From positions 37,332 through 101,331 of the forward strand of contig JBFOMH010000020.1 of NCBI GenBank assembly GCA_040830765.1: a DNA stretch of 64,000 nucleotides, written 5' to 3'. The notes below the pieces were generated by a model, which saw nothing but the letters and a program-made list of their open reading frames with translations, made no database searches and was not told where the DNA came from. The stretch comes from Puniceicoccaceae bacterium. Lineage in GTDB: Bacteria; Verrucomicrobiota; Verrucomicrobiia; Opitutales; Oceanipulchritudinaceae. Positions 40,921-49,369 of this stretch are shown here, piece by piece. How positions within the stretch are numbered: position 1 is the stretch's first letter; each line of letters begins with the position of its first letter. The translations under genes were made by a program, and so were the position numbers.

Positions 40921-42405
40921 ATGCCAGTCCCCGGGAAAAGTAAACTGAAAGAAAAGGTCCGTCAGCTGTCGGAGGGTCCTGGGGTTTACCTGATGAAGGA
41001 TCGACTCGGCAGTGTCTTATATGTCGGAAAAGCGAAAAATCTCAAACGCCGGGTAGGATCTTATTTTCAACCGTCGCGCCGATTCCGAATCGAACAGCCC
41101 AAGGTGGCCGCCATGCTGGACCTGATTGAGGATTTTGAAGTCCTCGAGGTGCGTTCCGACAGTGAGGCCATACTTCTGGAAGGGCGCCTGATCAAGGAGT
41201 GGAAGCCGAAGTACAACACCGATTTCACGGATGACAAACGCTTCCTCCATGTACGGGTGGACCTGCGGACCGAACTCCCCCGGTTCCGTCTCGTGCGTTT
41301 CCGGGCTGATGAGCGGTCACTCTACTTTGGCCCATTCGCCCACAGCGGATTGCTGAGGCGGACGCTCCAGGAGATGCGCCTGAAGTACGGAATCCTCCTC
41401 GGCGATGGTCATCCGCTGAAGCTCGAGGACGGACGCTGGCAATTGTATGATGACATCCGGGGTGAGATATACGGGCATCCGAACATAATGACCCAGGCGG
41501 AGTACCGGGAGCGGGTTATCAAGGCCTGTGCCTTTTTGGAGGGAAAGTCCCGGGAATGGCTGGGTGAATTGGAACAGCAAATGCAAAAGGCCGCCGAGGA
41601 TCGCCGCTATGAGCGGGCGGCTGAGCTTAGGGACGTCATCCGCGCCTTGCGGCAGACCACAGCCCGGACCCGCAAGTTCACGCATGCGGCCTATCTTCCT
41701 TCGGACGCGGTCGAGTCGCTTGAAGCGCTGCAGGAAGCCTTGGAGATGCCCGCCAAGCCTCAAACGATGGAGTGCTTCGACATCTCCCACATCTCCGGGA
41801 GCTTTTGTGTTGCCTCCATGGTCCATTTTAGGGAGGGCAAGCCGGACCGGAAACAGTATCGGCGGTACCAGATCAAAAGTTTTGTCGGCAACGACGACTT
41901 CCGGGCGATGTGTGAAGTGGTGGCCCGTCGCTATGTGCGCCTGAAGAAGGAGAACAAGCCATTCCCGGACCTGGTGGTCAGCGATGGTGGGGCCGGCCAG
42001 GTCGGGGCAGCCCTCCGTGCCTTTCTTGAGAACGGACTGGAACCGCCAACCCTGATCGGCCTGGCCAAGAAGAAGGAGACGATCATTTTCAGCGATGGCC
42101 GCGAGCCGCTGGAACTTCCCGGGCACCACAAGGGCCGTCTTCTCCTGCAGCACATCCGTGACGAAGCTCACCGCCACGCCAATTCATACAACGCTGAGTT
42201 GCGGCGGCGGAAGCTGCGGGAATCGATTCTTGATGACTTCCCGGGAATGGGGGCGCGCAAGCGGAGGGCGTTGATGGACTACTTTGGTTCCCTCGAGAGG
42301 CTGCGCAAAGCGGATGCCTCAGAGCTGCAAAAGGTGGATGGAATTGGACCCAAGCTGGCCGAGGGACTAGTTGAGTTTCTCCAATGGGAGGAATCAGGCG
42401 TTTGA
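40921..42405 (+). CDS. uvrC: excinuclease ABC subunit C
   Basis: GIY-YIG (PGVYLM...YVGKAKNL), UVR motif YERAAELRD, RNase H-like ECFDISH/DGG, IRDEAH and C-terminal HhH2. Confidence 0.95.
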   Translation: MPVPGKSKLKEKVRQLSEGPGVYLMKDRLGSVLYVGKAKNLKRRVGSYFQPSRRFRIEQPKVAAMLDLIEDFEVLEVRSDSEAILLEGRLIKEWKPKYNTDFTDDKRFLHVRVDLRTELPRFRLVRFRADERSLYFGPFAHSGLLRRTLQEMRLKYGILLGDGHPLKLEDGRWQLYDDIRGEIYGHPNIMTQAEYRERVIKACAFLEGKSREWLGELEQQMQKAAEDRRYERAAELRDVIRALRQTTARTRKFTHAAYLPSDAVESLEALQEALEMPAKPQTMECFDISHISGSFCVASMVHFREGKPDRKQYRRYQIKSFVGNDDFRAMCEVVARRYVRLKKENKPFPDLVVSDGGAGQVGAALRAFLENGLEPPTLIGLAKKKETIIFSDGREPLELPGHHKGRLLLQHIRDEAHRHANSYNAELRRRKLRESILDDFPGMGARKRRALMDYFGSLERLRKADASELQKVDGIGPKLAEGLVEFLQWEESGV

Positions 42406-43755
42406 ACCGATGGGCTGTTCCAGTAAGGGGAACATGACACCTTTCCGGAACAAGGTTACCTGTCCGCTGGAGGCCGAAACGCAGAGCGATATGCAGTCAG
42501 CTGCCTTGGTGATCGCGGCGGCGGCCGAGTGGCGGGTCCCGAATCCCGACGGCAGGTTGTCATAGAATTCCGCAGGCGCGTGGATCAGGGAGCCTGCCGA
42601 CTCAATGATCCCGTCACCACGAATGACGAAGCCTCCATCAATTACGGAATACTCCTTGATGGTCTCGTCCATGAACGGATTGAGGACGTTACGGTCTTCC
42701 ATCCGGTAACCATAAAATGGATTGAGGACGAGGGGCTTGACCATGTTGTTGACCCGTTCGGTATCGCCGATGACGAACATCGTGCCGACCGGTTTCCCCT
42801 CGCGCCCTTCGACGGACAGGTCAGTAGCAATGGCAATCATCCGCTCGAGAACCTCGATTTTGACGGATGAAGGAAGGAGATCGTTTTCCCGGTCGATGAC
42901 GCTCTGGAACTCCCGCTCGATATCAACGACCATGAGGGTGTCCAGTTGATTGCTGGCCGGAATGCCACCGACACAGAGCAAGCGGTCGTTGTGCTTGAAG
43001 ATGCCCCGTGTCAGTCCGATGAGGATGGCACTGCGGGCTTGGGAAAGGCGCTGGCTGGAATAGGACCGGACCTCGATCGCGGTTTCAATTTGCTTGCTTT
43101 CGGCGACCCGGTCGCTGGCTGCCCGGGTGACCAGAATGGTCCGGAAATTCGGAAAGCCCCGGGCTCCCTCAATGCCGCCAGCGAAGGTATCGCCGAAGAG
43201 AAGGATGGCCGAGCATTTCGATTCCCGGGCAATCTTCTCCCCCTCCTTCAGGAGCAGGCGATTAAAGCGGGTCTGCCGCCGCTCGGGCTTTGCCAGCAGA
43301 CCGGCAAAGCCAAGGAAGACCCGTTCGGCAAAGGTCGCCGTATCCGGAGCAGTGACCATGTTTTCGACAAGGTCCTTGTCCCGGAAGAGGCGGGCCAGCG
43401 AAGCGAGTACGTTGAGGTAGTTCTTCTCGTCCTCGGAGGCCAGGAGCAGGAAGATAAGCCGGATGTGCTGGTATTCCTCGAGGCCCTCAAAATCGACACC
43501 ATCCTTGACCCGGCCGATGGCGAAGATGTAGGGCCGCTTCATCTTGATGCGCATGTGCGGCATCGCCACCCCGTTGCCCAAGTAGGTGGTCATGGACTTT
43601 TCCCGGTTCAGGAGCTGATTGGTTATCCGACGAACATTGAGCTCTTCCTGTACCCTGATCGTGGAAACCTCGACCAGTTCCAGAAGAGCGCCTCTCAGAT
43701 CCGTCGCCTCAATCTCAATGATCCGGGATTTTGCGATATATCGGTCAAGCCGCAC
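42394..43755 (-). CDS. PTS EIIA domain-diadenylate cyclase (DacZ-type) fusion
   Basis: N-terminal REKSMTTYLGNGVAMPH (EIIA phospho-His) and YLNVLASLARL. C-terminal EGREGKPVGT, DGGFVI and GFGTRHSAAA (DisA_N). GTG start at 43755 is inferred. Confidence 0.88.
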   Translation of the reverse strand: MRLDRYIAKSRIIEIEATDLRGALLELVEVSTIRVQEELNVRRITNQLLNREKSMTTYLGNGVAMPHMRIKMKRPYIFAIGRVKDGVDFEGLEEYQHIRLIFLLLASEDEKNYLNVLASLARLFRDKDLVENMVTAPDTATFAERVFLGFAGLLAKPERRQTRFNRLLLKEGEKIARESKCSAILLFGDTFAGGIEGARGFPNFRTILVTRAASDRVAESKQIETAIEVRSYSSQRLSQARSAILIGLTRGIFKHNDRLLCVGGIPASNQLDTLMVVDIEREFQSVIDRENDLLPSSVKIEVLERMIAIATDLSVEGREGKPVGTMFVIGDTERVNNMVKPLVLNPFYGYRMEDRNVLNPFMDETIKEYSVIDGGFVIRGDGIIESAGSLIHAPAEFYDNLPSGFGTRHSAAAAITKAADCISLCVSASSGQVTLFRKGVMFPLLEQPIGSNA

Positions 43756-43810
43756 AAATACCGGATTAAAGGAGAAGTCCTCCCGAAGACAATGCCAATT
43801 TTTATTAAGC

Positions 43811-45025
43811 TTAAGGCGTTGGGGAAACTTGACCGGAAAGCCGGGTCGCAGCCTCCTTGAGCGGATCCGCAAGCGCTGACAAGTCAGGGTCGGCCTCCCA
43901 TCCGCGGATGGTATCGAGTGCCCGCTGCAGGCGTTCCATGTGACCCGTTGATTCTGTATTGGAAAAGTTAGTACTGAGAAGGTTGTGGGAGAGGGACTGG
44001 TTCATGTTCGGGAAATGGGCCAGGAACCGTTCCGCCTCCTCCCTGGAGGTCTGGGCTGAGGCCAGGTAGTCCTTGAGCAGGGCTTGCCCCTCCGGGCTGA
44101 CCGGATCGAGGCGTGCGACTAAACCAGCCCTTGCGGACGGCTTCATGGCCTGGCCTTCCGGGCTCGAGAGCAGTTGGCTGATGGCGGCGACAGGAGCCTG
44201 GTCGACCATCCGCTCAAGGGCCAGGCTGGAGGCATGGCGCAGGCGCGGGGCCTGTTCTTCAGACGTCAACTTGGCAATCTCCGGGACTAACAGTGGGTCT
44301 TCCAGATAGACTGCCACATCCATGGCTTCGGCCATCGCGCTGCCGGGATCATCAATCCACGGCTGGTGTCCGAGAAGGATTTTGAAGTGGCCCTTGAGGA
44401 AGATTAAGCTTTCGTCGCTACCTGGATTACCACGGGCGAAATTGCGCATGTGAATCACATACAGGTCCTGCCCGAGATCCGTTCCTCCACCTGTCAGGGC
44501 AAGACGGGCAAGGCCGGCAGCGCGCTCCGGATCAATCTGGCCCAGCCAGTCGGCCAAAAGGACTTGCAGGCTGGGTCCGCCTTCAAGGTTGCCCCCGGGG
44601 CCGACCTGGAAAGCCATCCCTGTCGGCAAGTCCACGCGGCTGATGATCAGTTCGATCAAGCGGGCGCTGGCATCCGCTTGCTCCATGGAAAAGACAGCAC
44701 TCCGCATGGCCAGAATGGCATTGCGCATGTCCTCTGGAGAGGATTGCTGCTGCAGGTAGTTCATCCAATCCACCCACAGTGGCGGAGTGGCCTGCAAATT
44801 TGTAATCGCGATGCTTTCGGCTTCCTCTGCCGGAGATGGCTCATCCACTTGCGGTGCTGCCGCTGTATTTTCAGGAATGGATTCCTCGACCGGTGCCACC
44901 TCAGGGCTGGGAGTCTCTTCGCTGATCGGGGAGTCCTCGGAACGATCCCGATTGAGGAACAGGAACCAGGAGGCGGTGAGGAGAATGACAAGGATAAGGG
45001 CTTGCAGGAAGGCAGTTTTCTTCAT
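43811..45025 (-). CDS. hypothetical membrane-anchored helical protein
   Basis: N-terminal TM, P/E/S-rich linker and a helical body. Its ATG overlaps the stop of the DMT gene (ATGA). Confidence 0.7.
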   Translation of the reverse strand: MKKTAFLQALILVILLTASWFLFLNRDRSEDSPISEETPSPEVAPVEESIPENTAAAPQVDEPSPAEEAESIAITNLQATPPLWVDWMNYLQQQSSPEDMRNAILAMRSAVFSMEQADASARLIELIISRVDLPTGMAFQVGPGGNLEGGPSLQVLLADWLGQIDPERAAGLARLALTGGGTDLGQDLYVIHMRNFARGNPGSDESLIFLKGHFKILLGHQPWIDDPGSAMAEAMDVAVYLEDPLLVPEIAKLTSEEQAPRLRHASSLALERMVDQAPVAAISQLLSSPEGQAMKPSARAGLVARLDPVSPEGQALLKDYLASAQTSREEAERFLAHFPNMNQSLSHNLLSTNFSNTESTGHMERLQRALDTIRGWEADPDLSALADPLKEAATRLSGQVSPTP

Positions 45026-45900
45026 GAGGCGGTATGGGATTGTCGAATTACAATAACAGCACCCACTACAACGAGTGCGGATGAGATATAAAAGACTAGA
45101 GCGGGAATTTCATCAAGAAGGAGATAGCCCATTATCCCGGCGAAAATAAACTGGGCGAGATTGATGATGACCACGGCCTGTCCCCGGATGCGGGTCAGTG
45201 CCCAGTTGATCAAGCTGTGGCCGAGGACAGTGGGAACCAGGGCCAGCCCAAGAATGGAGATCCACTCCAGGCGTAGATCCGGCCCTATCCAACCGATCTC
45301 ATGTCCGCTGAGGTGCAGGAGGATGGCGATCGCCAGGCAAAAGATACCCGCGATGAGGTAGACCGGAACCACATAGAGATAAATCGAAGCCATCTCCCTG
45401 TTCTTGCGGGCGTAAATGAGATAAAAGGCATAGAAGAGCATCGACAGGAAACAAACAAGATCCCCCATGGCGTACTCCGGACTGAGGTTGAGGTCGCCCA
45501 ACCCGAGCAGGACCACGCCGGTCATGCCCAGAAGGGTTCCAGCTCCCTCTGCCCGGGTGATGCGCTCCTCCACGACTACCAGGAGCAGGAAGGGCATGAC
45601 GACCGGAACCATGTTGACTATGAGTGAGGCATTGGCGGATGGGGTCATCCGGGCGCCGATGATCCAGGTGATGAAGTGGATACCCAGAAAGAGGGCTGGC
45701 GGTAGGGCCTGCTTCAGGATGAGCCCTGTCCGGAGCTCGCCGCGTCTTCTCCATGGAGCAATGGCCAGCGGCAACAGGCACAGTCCTCCCAGAAGCAAAC
45801 GATAGGCGGAGAGGGCGATCGGGTGGGTACTGCCAATCTTGATAAAGATGACCGATGTGGCGCAGGCAAATACCCCGATGAGTAGGAGGAGGTATCGCAT
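45022..45900 (-). CDS. DMT/EamA family transporter
   Basis: About 10 TM in two EamA repeats (LSAYRLL, GDLVCF, PTVLGHSLINWAL). Confidence 0.92.
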   Translation of the reverse strand: MRYLLLLIGVFACATSVIFIKIGSTHPIALSAYRLLLGGLCLLPLAIAPWRRRGELRTGLILKQALPPALFLGIHFITWIIGARMTPSANASLIVNMVPVVMPFLLLVVVEERITRAEGAGTLLGMTGVVLLGLGDLNLSPEYAMGDLVCFLSMLFYAFYLIYARKNREMASIYLYVVPVYLIAGIFCLAIAILLHLSGHEIGWIGPDLRLEWISILGLALVPTVLGHSLINWALTRIRGQAVVIINLAQFIFAGIMGYLLLDEIPALVFYISSALVVVGAVIVIRQSHTAS

Positions 45901-45964
45901 GTCAGGTGTTGAGGGCCCTCATGGTCGGAAAATTGGATTCATATTCATTAATTTGCAACTTGGC

Positions 45965-46100
45965 AATGATACCGGTGTTTGATAGTGCATTGAATAGTTG
46001 GGTATCAAGTTAGAGTAAGTCGAGTGAGCCTACTGAGGTAAGTTCCTCGACAATATCTAGGGTAATGAAGGCCTCGCTCCATGAGCGGGGCTTTCTTTTT
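45965..46100 (+). ncRNA. candidate small RNA (5' end unknown)
   Basis: A plus-oriented terminator with no plus-strand gene nearer than uvrC (ends 42405). Only a 15-codon ORF without SD lies here. Confidence 0.35.
46067..46100 (+). terminator. intrinsic terminator, plus strand
   Basis: 13-bp stem GAAGGCCTCGCTC-cat-GAGCGGGGCTTTC then TTTTT. Two G-U pairs form only on the plus strand. Confidence 0.8.
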
Positions 46101-46104
46101 ATCC

Positions 46105-46144
46105 GGAAACGAAGAACGCCCCCCTCCTTGCGGAGAGGGGCGTT
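46105..46144 (-). terminator. intrinsic terminator, minus strand
   Basis: AACGCCCCTCTCC-GCAA-GGAGGGGGGCGTT then CTTCGTTT. The GNRA loop and U-G pair are valid only on the minus strand. Confidence 0.7.
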
Positions 46145-46315
46145 TCCAGGCTTATTACTAGATCCGTTTCATGAGAGGTGTTCTCAGGTCACGGAAAAAG
46201 GGGAGTATGCCGAAGCGGAATCCGGCCAATCCAGAAGAGGAAATGGACTATCCGGCTTCGCATCCGCTCGGGCTGTTTGACTTTGGCAGGCATTCCAGAG
46301 TTTGCTTCAAGTGTA
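46108..46315 (-). ncRNA. candidate sigma54-dependent small RNA (~200 nt)
   Basis: Bounded by a sigma54-like promoter and a terminator. Contains a long hairpin (46207-46263) with a UUUCCUCUUC loop and no convincing ORF. Confidence 0.4.
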
Positions 46316-46325
46316 CCTGTTATGA

Positions 46326-46342
46326 AACAATCCGCGTGCCAG
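46326..46342 (-). promoter_or_regulatory. sigma54-like -24/-12 promoter (variant -12)
   Basis: CTGGCACGCGGATTGTT versus consensus YTGGCACG-N4-TTGCW: perfect -24 element, GT instead of GC at -12. Confidence 0.45.
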
Positions 46343-46437
46343 AATAAGGCAGGGATACACAAGTCTCTGCCTATCAGGCGAATACTCCCCAGATAGCCCG
46401 GATCCGTTGCTTCTTTTGGCCGCAATGGACCCTTGAT

Positions 46438-46478
46438 TGTCGCGAAATCAGGACGCTTGGTGTCCCGAAATTGGGACA
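46438..46478. promoter_or_regulatory. tandem palindromic sites, candidate activator-binding (UAS) sites
   Basis: TGTCGCGAAATCAGGACG (46438-46455) and TGTCCCGAAATTGGGACA (46461-46478) match at 14/18 with a 23-bp period. They lie ~100-135 bp upstream of the -24 element. Confidence 0.5.
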
Positions 46479-46485
46479 AGCGGGG

Positions 46486-48012
46486 TTATTTCAACTCGGC
46501 TTCGGTGACCCATTTGTCCTGCCCAAAATCAAAAAACCAGCGGCCGGTCGAGACCGTTGTTCCCTGCCAGTGGTACAGCCAACTGGCCTGTTGGAAGCAG
46601 TAATAGTAGTTGGGTGCGGCAGCTGGGGCGAAAAGCCAGTGTCCCATGACCGAGTCATAGAAGTAGATGGAGCCGGCGGAGGCTCCTGAAACGAAAACGA
46701 AACCATGGTCCAGATGCTGAATCCATGGCAACTGGGAATCCCTCAACCAGCCTGCTCCAAACCAGGGGACGAAGGCCCAGCCATCCTTGGAAACGGAAAT
46801 GGAAGGAAAATAGTCTAGAAGTTCCAGTTCGGTGAGGTCGGCGAACCATCCCGTCTGCCGGCGACTGGCCTGGCCCCTTGGCCAGCCGGACGTTTCCAGC
46901 GGGGCAACACCTTCGAGTTTGTAGAGAAACCCGTCATGCGCTCCGATGTAGATGCTGCCGTCCGGAGCAATGTTGGGGGAGGAGTCGTTCAATCCCTGGA
47001 TAAGATACTCCCACTGCTGGACTCCGGTGGAATCGACCGAGGTGAAAATGGTGGCGGCCCCGGTCACACTGTTGCCGGCGTAGGCCCCGATGATGATATT
47101 CCCCATGGCATCGAGGGCCGGTGAACAATAAAATACGTCACCGACAAAGGTCTCCCAGAGCTGGAACCCCAAATCATCCACGGCATAGAGGTAGCCGTCC
47201 TGGGAGGCAAAGTAGACAGTCCCGTCCGACTTGGCGATGGGGGACGAGCGGATGGCACCGGTTGTCGGAAAATTCCACTTCAGTGTGCCGGAAGGGTCGA
47301 TCGCGTAGACTCGATTGTTCTGGCATCCGAAATAAATGGTCCCGTCAACACCCACACTGGGAGCCGAGGGAATTTCCCGCTCGGTAAGGAGATCCGAAAT
47401 GCGGTAGCTCCAGCGGAGCGATCCTGCCGCCGTATTGACGGCGAACAGTTCCCCGTCATCTGTTCCAAAATAGAGGGTATCACCGGCGTGATTGAGGACA
47501 GCGCCACCGCCAATGGGACTGATACCACTTCCGGTACTGAAGGACCACTTCTGCTGGCCGTCCGGTGTGAGGGCATACATGTATCCATCGAAGGAACCGA
47601 TGTAGATTGTCCCATCCGGGCCGATAGCTGCGGATGCTGTAATCAGGCTGCCGGTTTCAAATTTCCACTTCAGACTACCCGAGTCGCCATCGATGGCGTA
47701 GAGAAAGTTGTCCCAGCAGCCGACATAGACCGTGCCGTCGGGCCCAATTGTCGGCGAACTGTCGATCCAGTCACCGGCCCCGACGAAGGTCCATCGGCTG
47801 GTTCCATCGGGATTAAAGGAGTAAACGCCGCGGTCCTGGGAACCGATAACAACCTCGCCTTTGGGTCCTATCGCCGGGGCCCCGAAGATGATACCGTCTG
47901 TCATGACGGGCCAACCTGGCTTCAAGTCGCCGGGTGCTGCAGCGACCATCAGGGGCAGCGCTAGCGAAAGGAGTATCGAGGCAGAAAAAGATAGGGCTTC
48001 CTTGGCGTTCAT
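46486..48012 (-). CDS. secreted PQQ-like (BamB-type) beta-propeller protein with aromatic C-terminal domain
   Basis: Signal peptide; repeated SSPxIGPDGTxYxGSxDxxxYA..G..KW motifs; ATGA overlap with the kinase stop. Confidence 0.88.
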   Translation of the reverse strand: MNAKEALSFSASILLSLALPLMVAAAPGDLKPGWPVMTDGIIFGAPAIGPKGEVVIGSQDRGVYSFNPDGTSRWTFVGAGDWIDSSPTIGPDGTVYVGCWDNFLYAIDGDSGSLKWKFETGSLITASAAIGPDGTIYIGSFDGYMYALTPDGQQKWSFSTGSGISPIGGGAVLNHAGDTLYFGTDDGELFAVNTAAGSLRWSYRISDLLTEREIPSAPSVGVDGTIYFGCQNNRVYAIDPSGTLKWNFPTTGAIRSSPIAKSDGTVYFASQDGYLYAVDDLGFQLWETFVGDVFYCSPALDAMGNIIIGAYAGNSVTGAATIFTSVDSTGVQQWEYLIQGLNDSSPNIAPDGSIYIGAHDGFLYKLEGVAPLETSGWPRGQASRRQTGWFADLTELELLDYFPSISVSKDGWAFVPWFGAGWLRDSQLPWIQHLDHGFVFVSGASAGSIYFYDSVMGHWLFAPAAAPNYYYCFQQASWLYHWQGTTVSTGRWFFDFGQDKWVTEAELK

Positions 48013-49337
48013 AGGGGTACCTTGACTTCAAAAATGGTTCCAGACCTGTCCGACTTGAGCAGTTCCAGGGTGGCCGGAATGTGGCGTGCGATAACTGAGC
48101 TGATAGCCAGTCCGATACCAGTGCCGTTGGTTTTCGTGCTTTGCACTGGCTCAAATAACCTCTCCCGAACATGTTCCGGCAATCCTGAACCAGAATCTTC
48201 CACGTCTATCACGAGGGTGGAATGATTCATGTCCATCCGCACGCTGACAGGGTGGTCGGCGGTGGAGGCCTCCAGGGCGTTCTCGGCAAGATTACGGACA
48301 ACAAGAAGGGTCAATTGAGCCTTGCGGGCTTCAATCTGGCCATTTCCGGATACGTGCAGCTGCAGTCTTCCATCGGCAACCTGCTGGAGGCGATTGTCCG
48401 CGACCTGTTGAAATTCCTCCATGGTCAATTCGACCTCGGATTGGTTGTCCTCGCTGATCACGTTGAGAGCCTCATCAATAAGGGACTGCATCCGGTCGGC
48501 AATGGCCATCGCTTCCTCATCATTTCCTGAGAGCTTGAGATAGGCCTTGAGCCCGGCCAAGGGATTCTTGAGGCCGTGAAACAGATGGCTGGTGACGGAG
48601 CCAATCGCGGATGTTCTGGCAGCGAGGGCAAGGTTGGCGTTGGCCTGCCGGAGAGATTCATTTCGCTTTGCCAGCAATCTTCCCATGCCCAAGAGACGGC
48701 TGCGGGCATAGAGAAACACGAGCGTGAAGATCAAGCCACCGGCCACGAAGAAAGCAGCTCCGAGGACGGTCAGGAACCGATCCATCTGGCCAAGCTCCTC
48801 CGCAAGCTCCTGACCATCGAGCCAGTATTGAATAATCGCTACGGTGCTTCCCTCCGGGTCAACCACGGGTACAATTACCTCAGTGGCTGGATAGGTCGCC
48901 GGTTGGGCGAAACTGGACTCGTCGGAAAATAGCGAATCAAGGGATAGATCCGGGAAATGCCGAAAGACGGGCAGGCCCTTTGCCAGCGCGGCCTGGTCCG
49001 TTTTGTCGAGGGCTGTAGAATATAAGGATGCGGGAATGGCAGCGAGGAAATCACCGTCGGCCTGATAGATCCGGACCCCGATGACCCCACTGATTTCACT
49101 CGATTCAAAGGCGATTTCGAGCCAGTCGGTTCCATCTGTCCGGGGACTCTGGGTGTCGTGGAAGTGCTGGCTAATGCGACTCAGCAAGCTACCGTCACGA
49201 TGGAGGATTTGCTGATGAATCTCTGAGCGGAAATAGATCATGGAGGCGATGACGGCTGCCCCGTAAATCCCCAGGGTAACCAGACCCAGGGCGAGAATGA
49301 CCCGCTGAAAGTGCTTGAGACTGAATTCGCTTTCCAT
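48009..49337 (-). CDS. membrane sensor histidine kinase
   Basis: Two TM flanking a periplasmic domain; H-box FHGLKNPL, N-box NLAENALEA, DSGSG, LFEP and GTGIGL. Start is 49337 or 49382. Confidence 0.93.
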   Translation of the reverse strand: MESEFSLKHFQRVILALGLVTLGIYGAAVIASMIYFRSEIHQQILHRDGSLLSRISQHFHDTQSPRTDGTDWLEIAFESSEISGVIGVRIYQADGDFLAAIPASLYSTALDKTDQAALAKGLPVFRHFPDLSLDSLFSDESSFAQPATYPATEVIVPVVDPEGSTVAIIQYWLDGQELAEELGQMDRFLTVLGAAFFVAGGLIFTLVFLYARSRLLGMGRLLAKRNESLRQANANLALAARTSAIGSVTSHLFHGLKNPLAGLKAYLKLSGNDEEAMAIADRMQSLIDEALNVISEDNQSEVELTMEEFQQVADNRLQQVADGRLQLHVSGNGQIEARKAQLTLLVVRNLAENALEASTADHPVSVRMDMNHSTLVIDVEDSGSGLPEHVRERLFEPVQSTKTNGTGIGLAISSVIARHIPATLELLKSDRSGTIFEVKVPL

Positions 49338-49369
49338 TGAGGCGGATTTTAAGGGCTGGATTGAAAGGG

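Noticed and set aside
43756..43872. ORF-track N-terminal extension of the DAC gene (likewise for mrp, hemB, pyrD, rpmG, thrH, aroA and hflX)
   Set aside because: The extensions overlap neighbouring genes or promoters and precede the conserved domain start, so downstream starts were chosen.
46189..46479. 96-aa minus-strand ORF
   Set aside because: It has no ATG start or SD, runs through the promoter-like and palindromic sites, and resembles no protein family. A non-coding explanation fits better.
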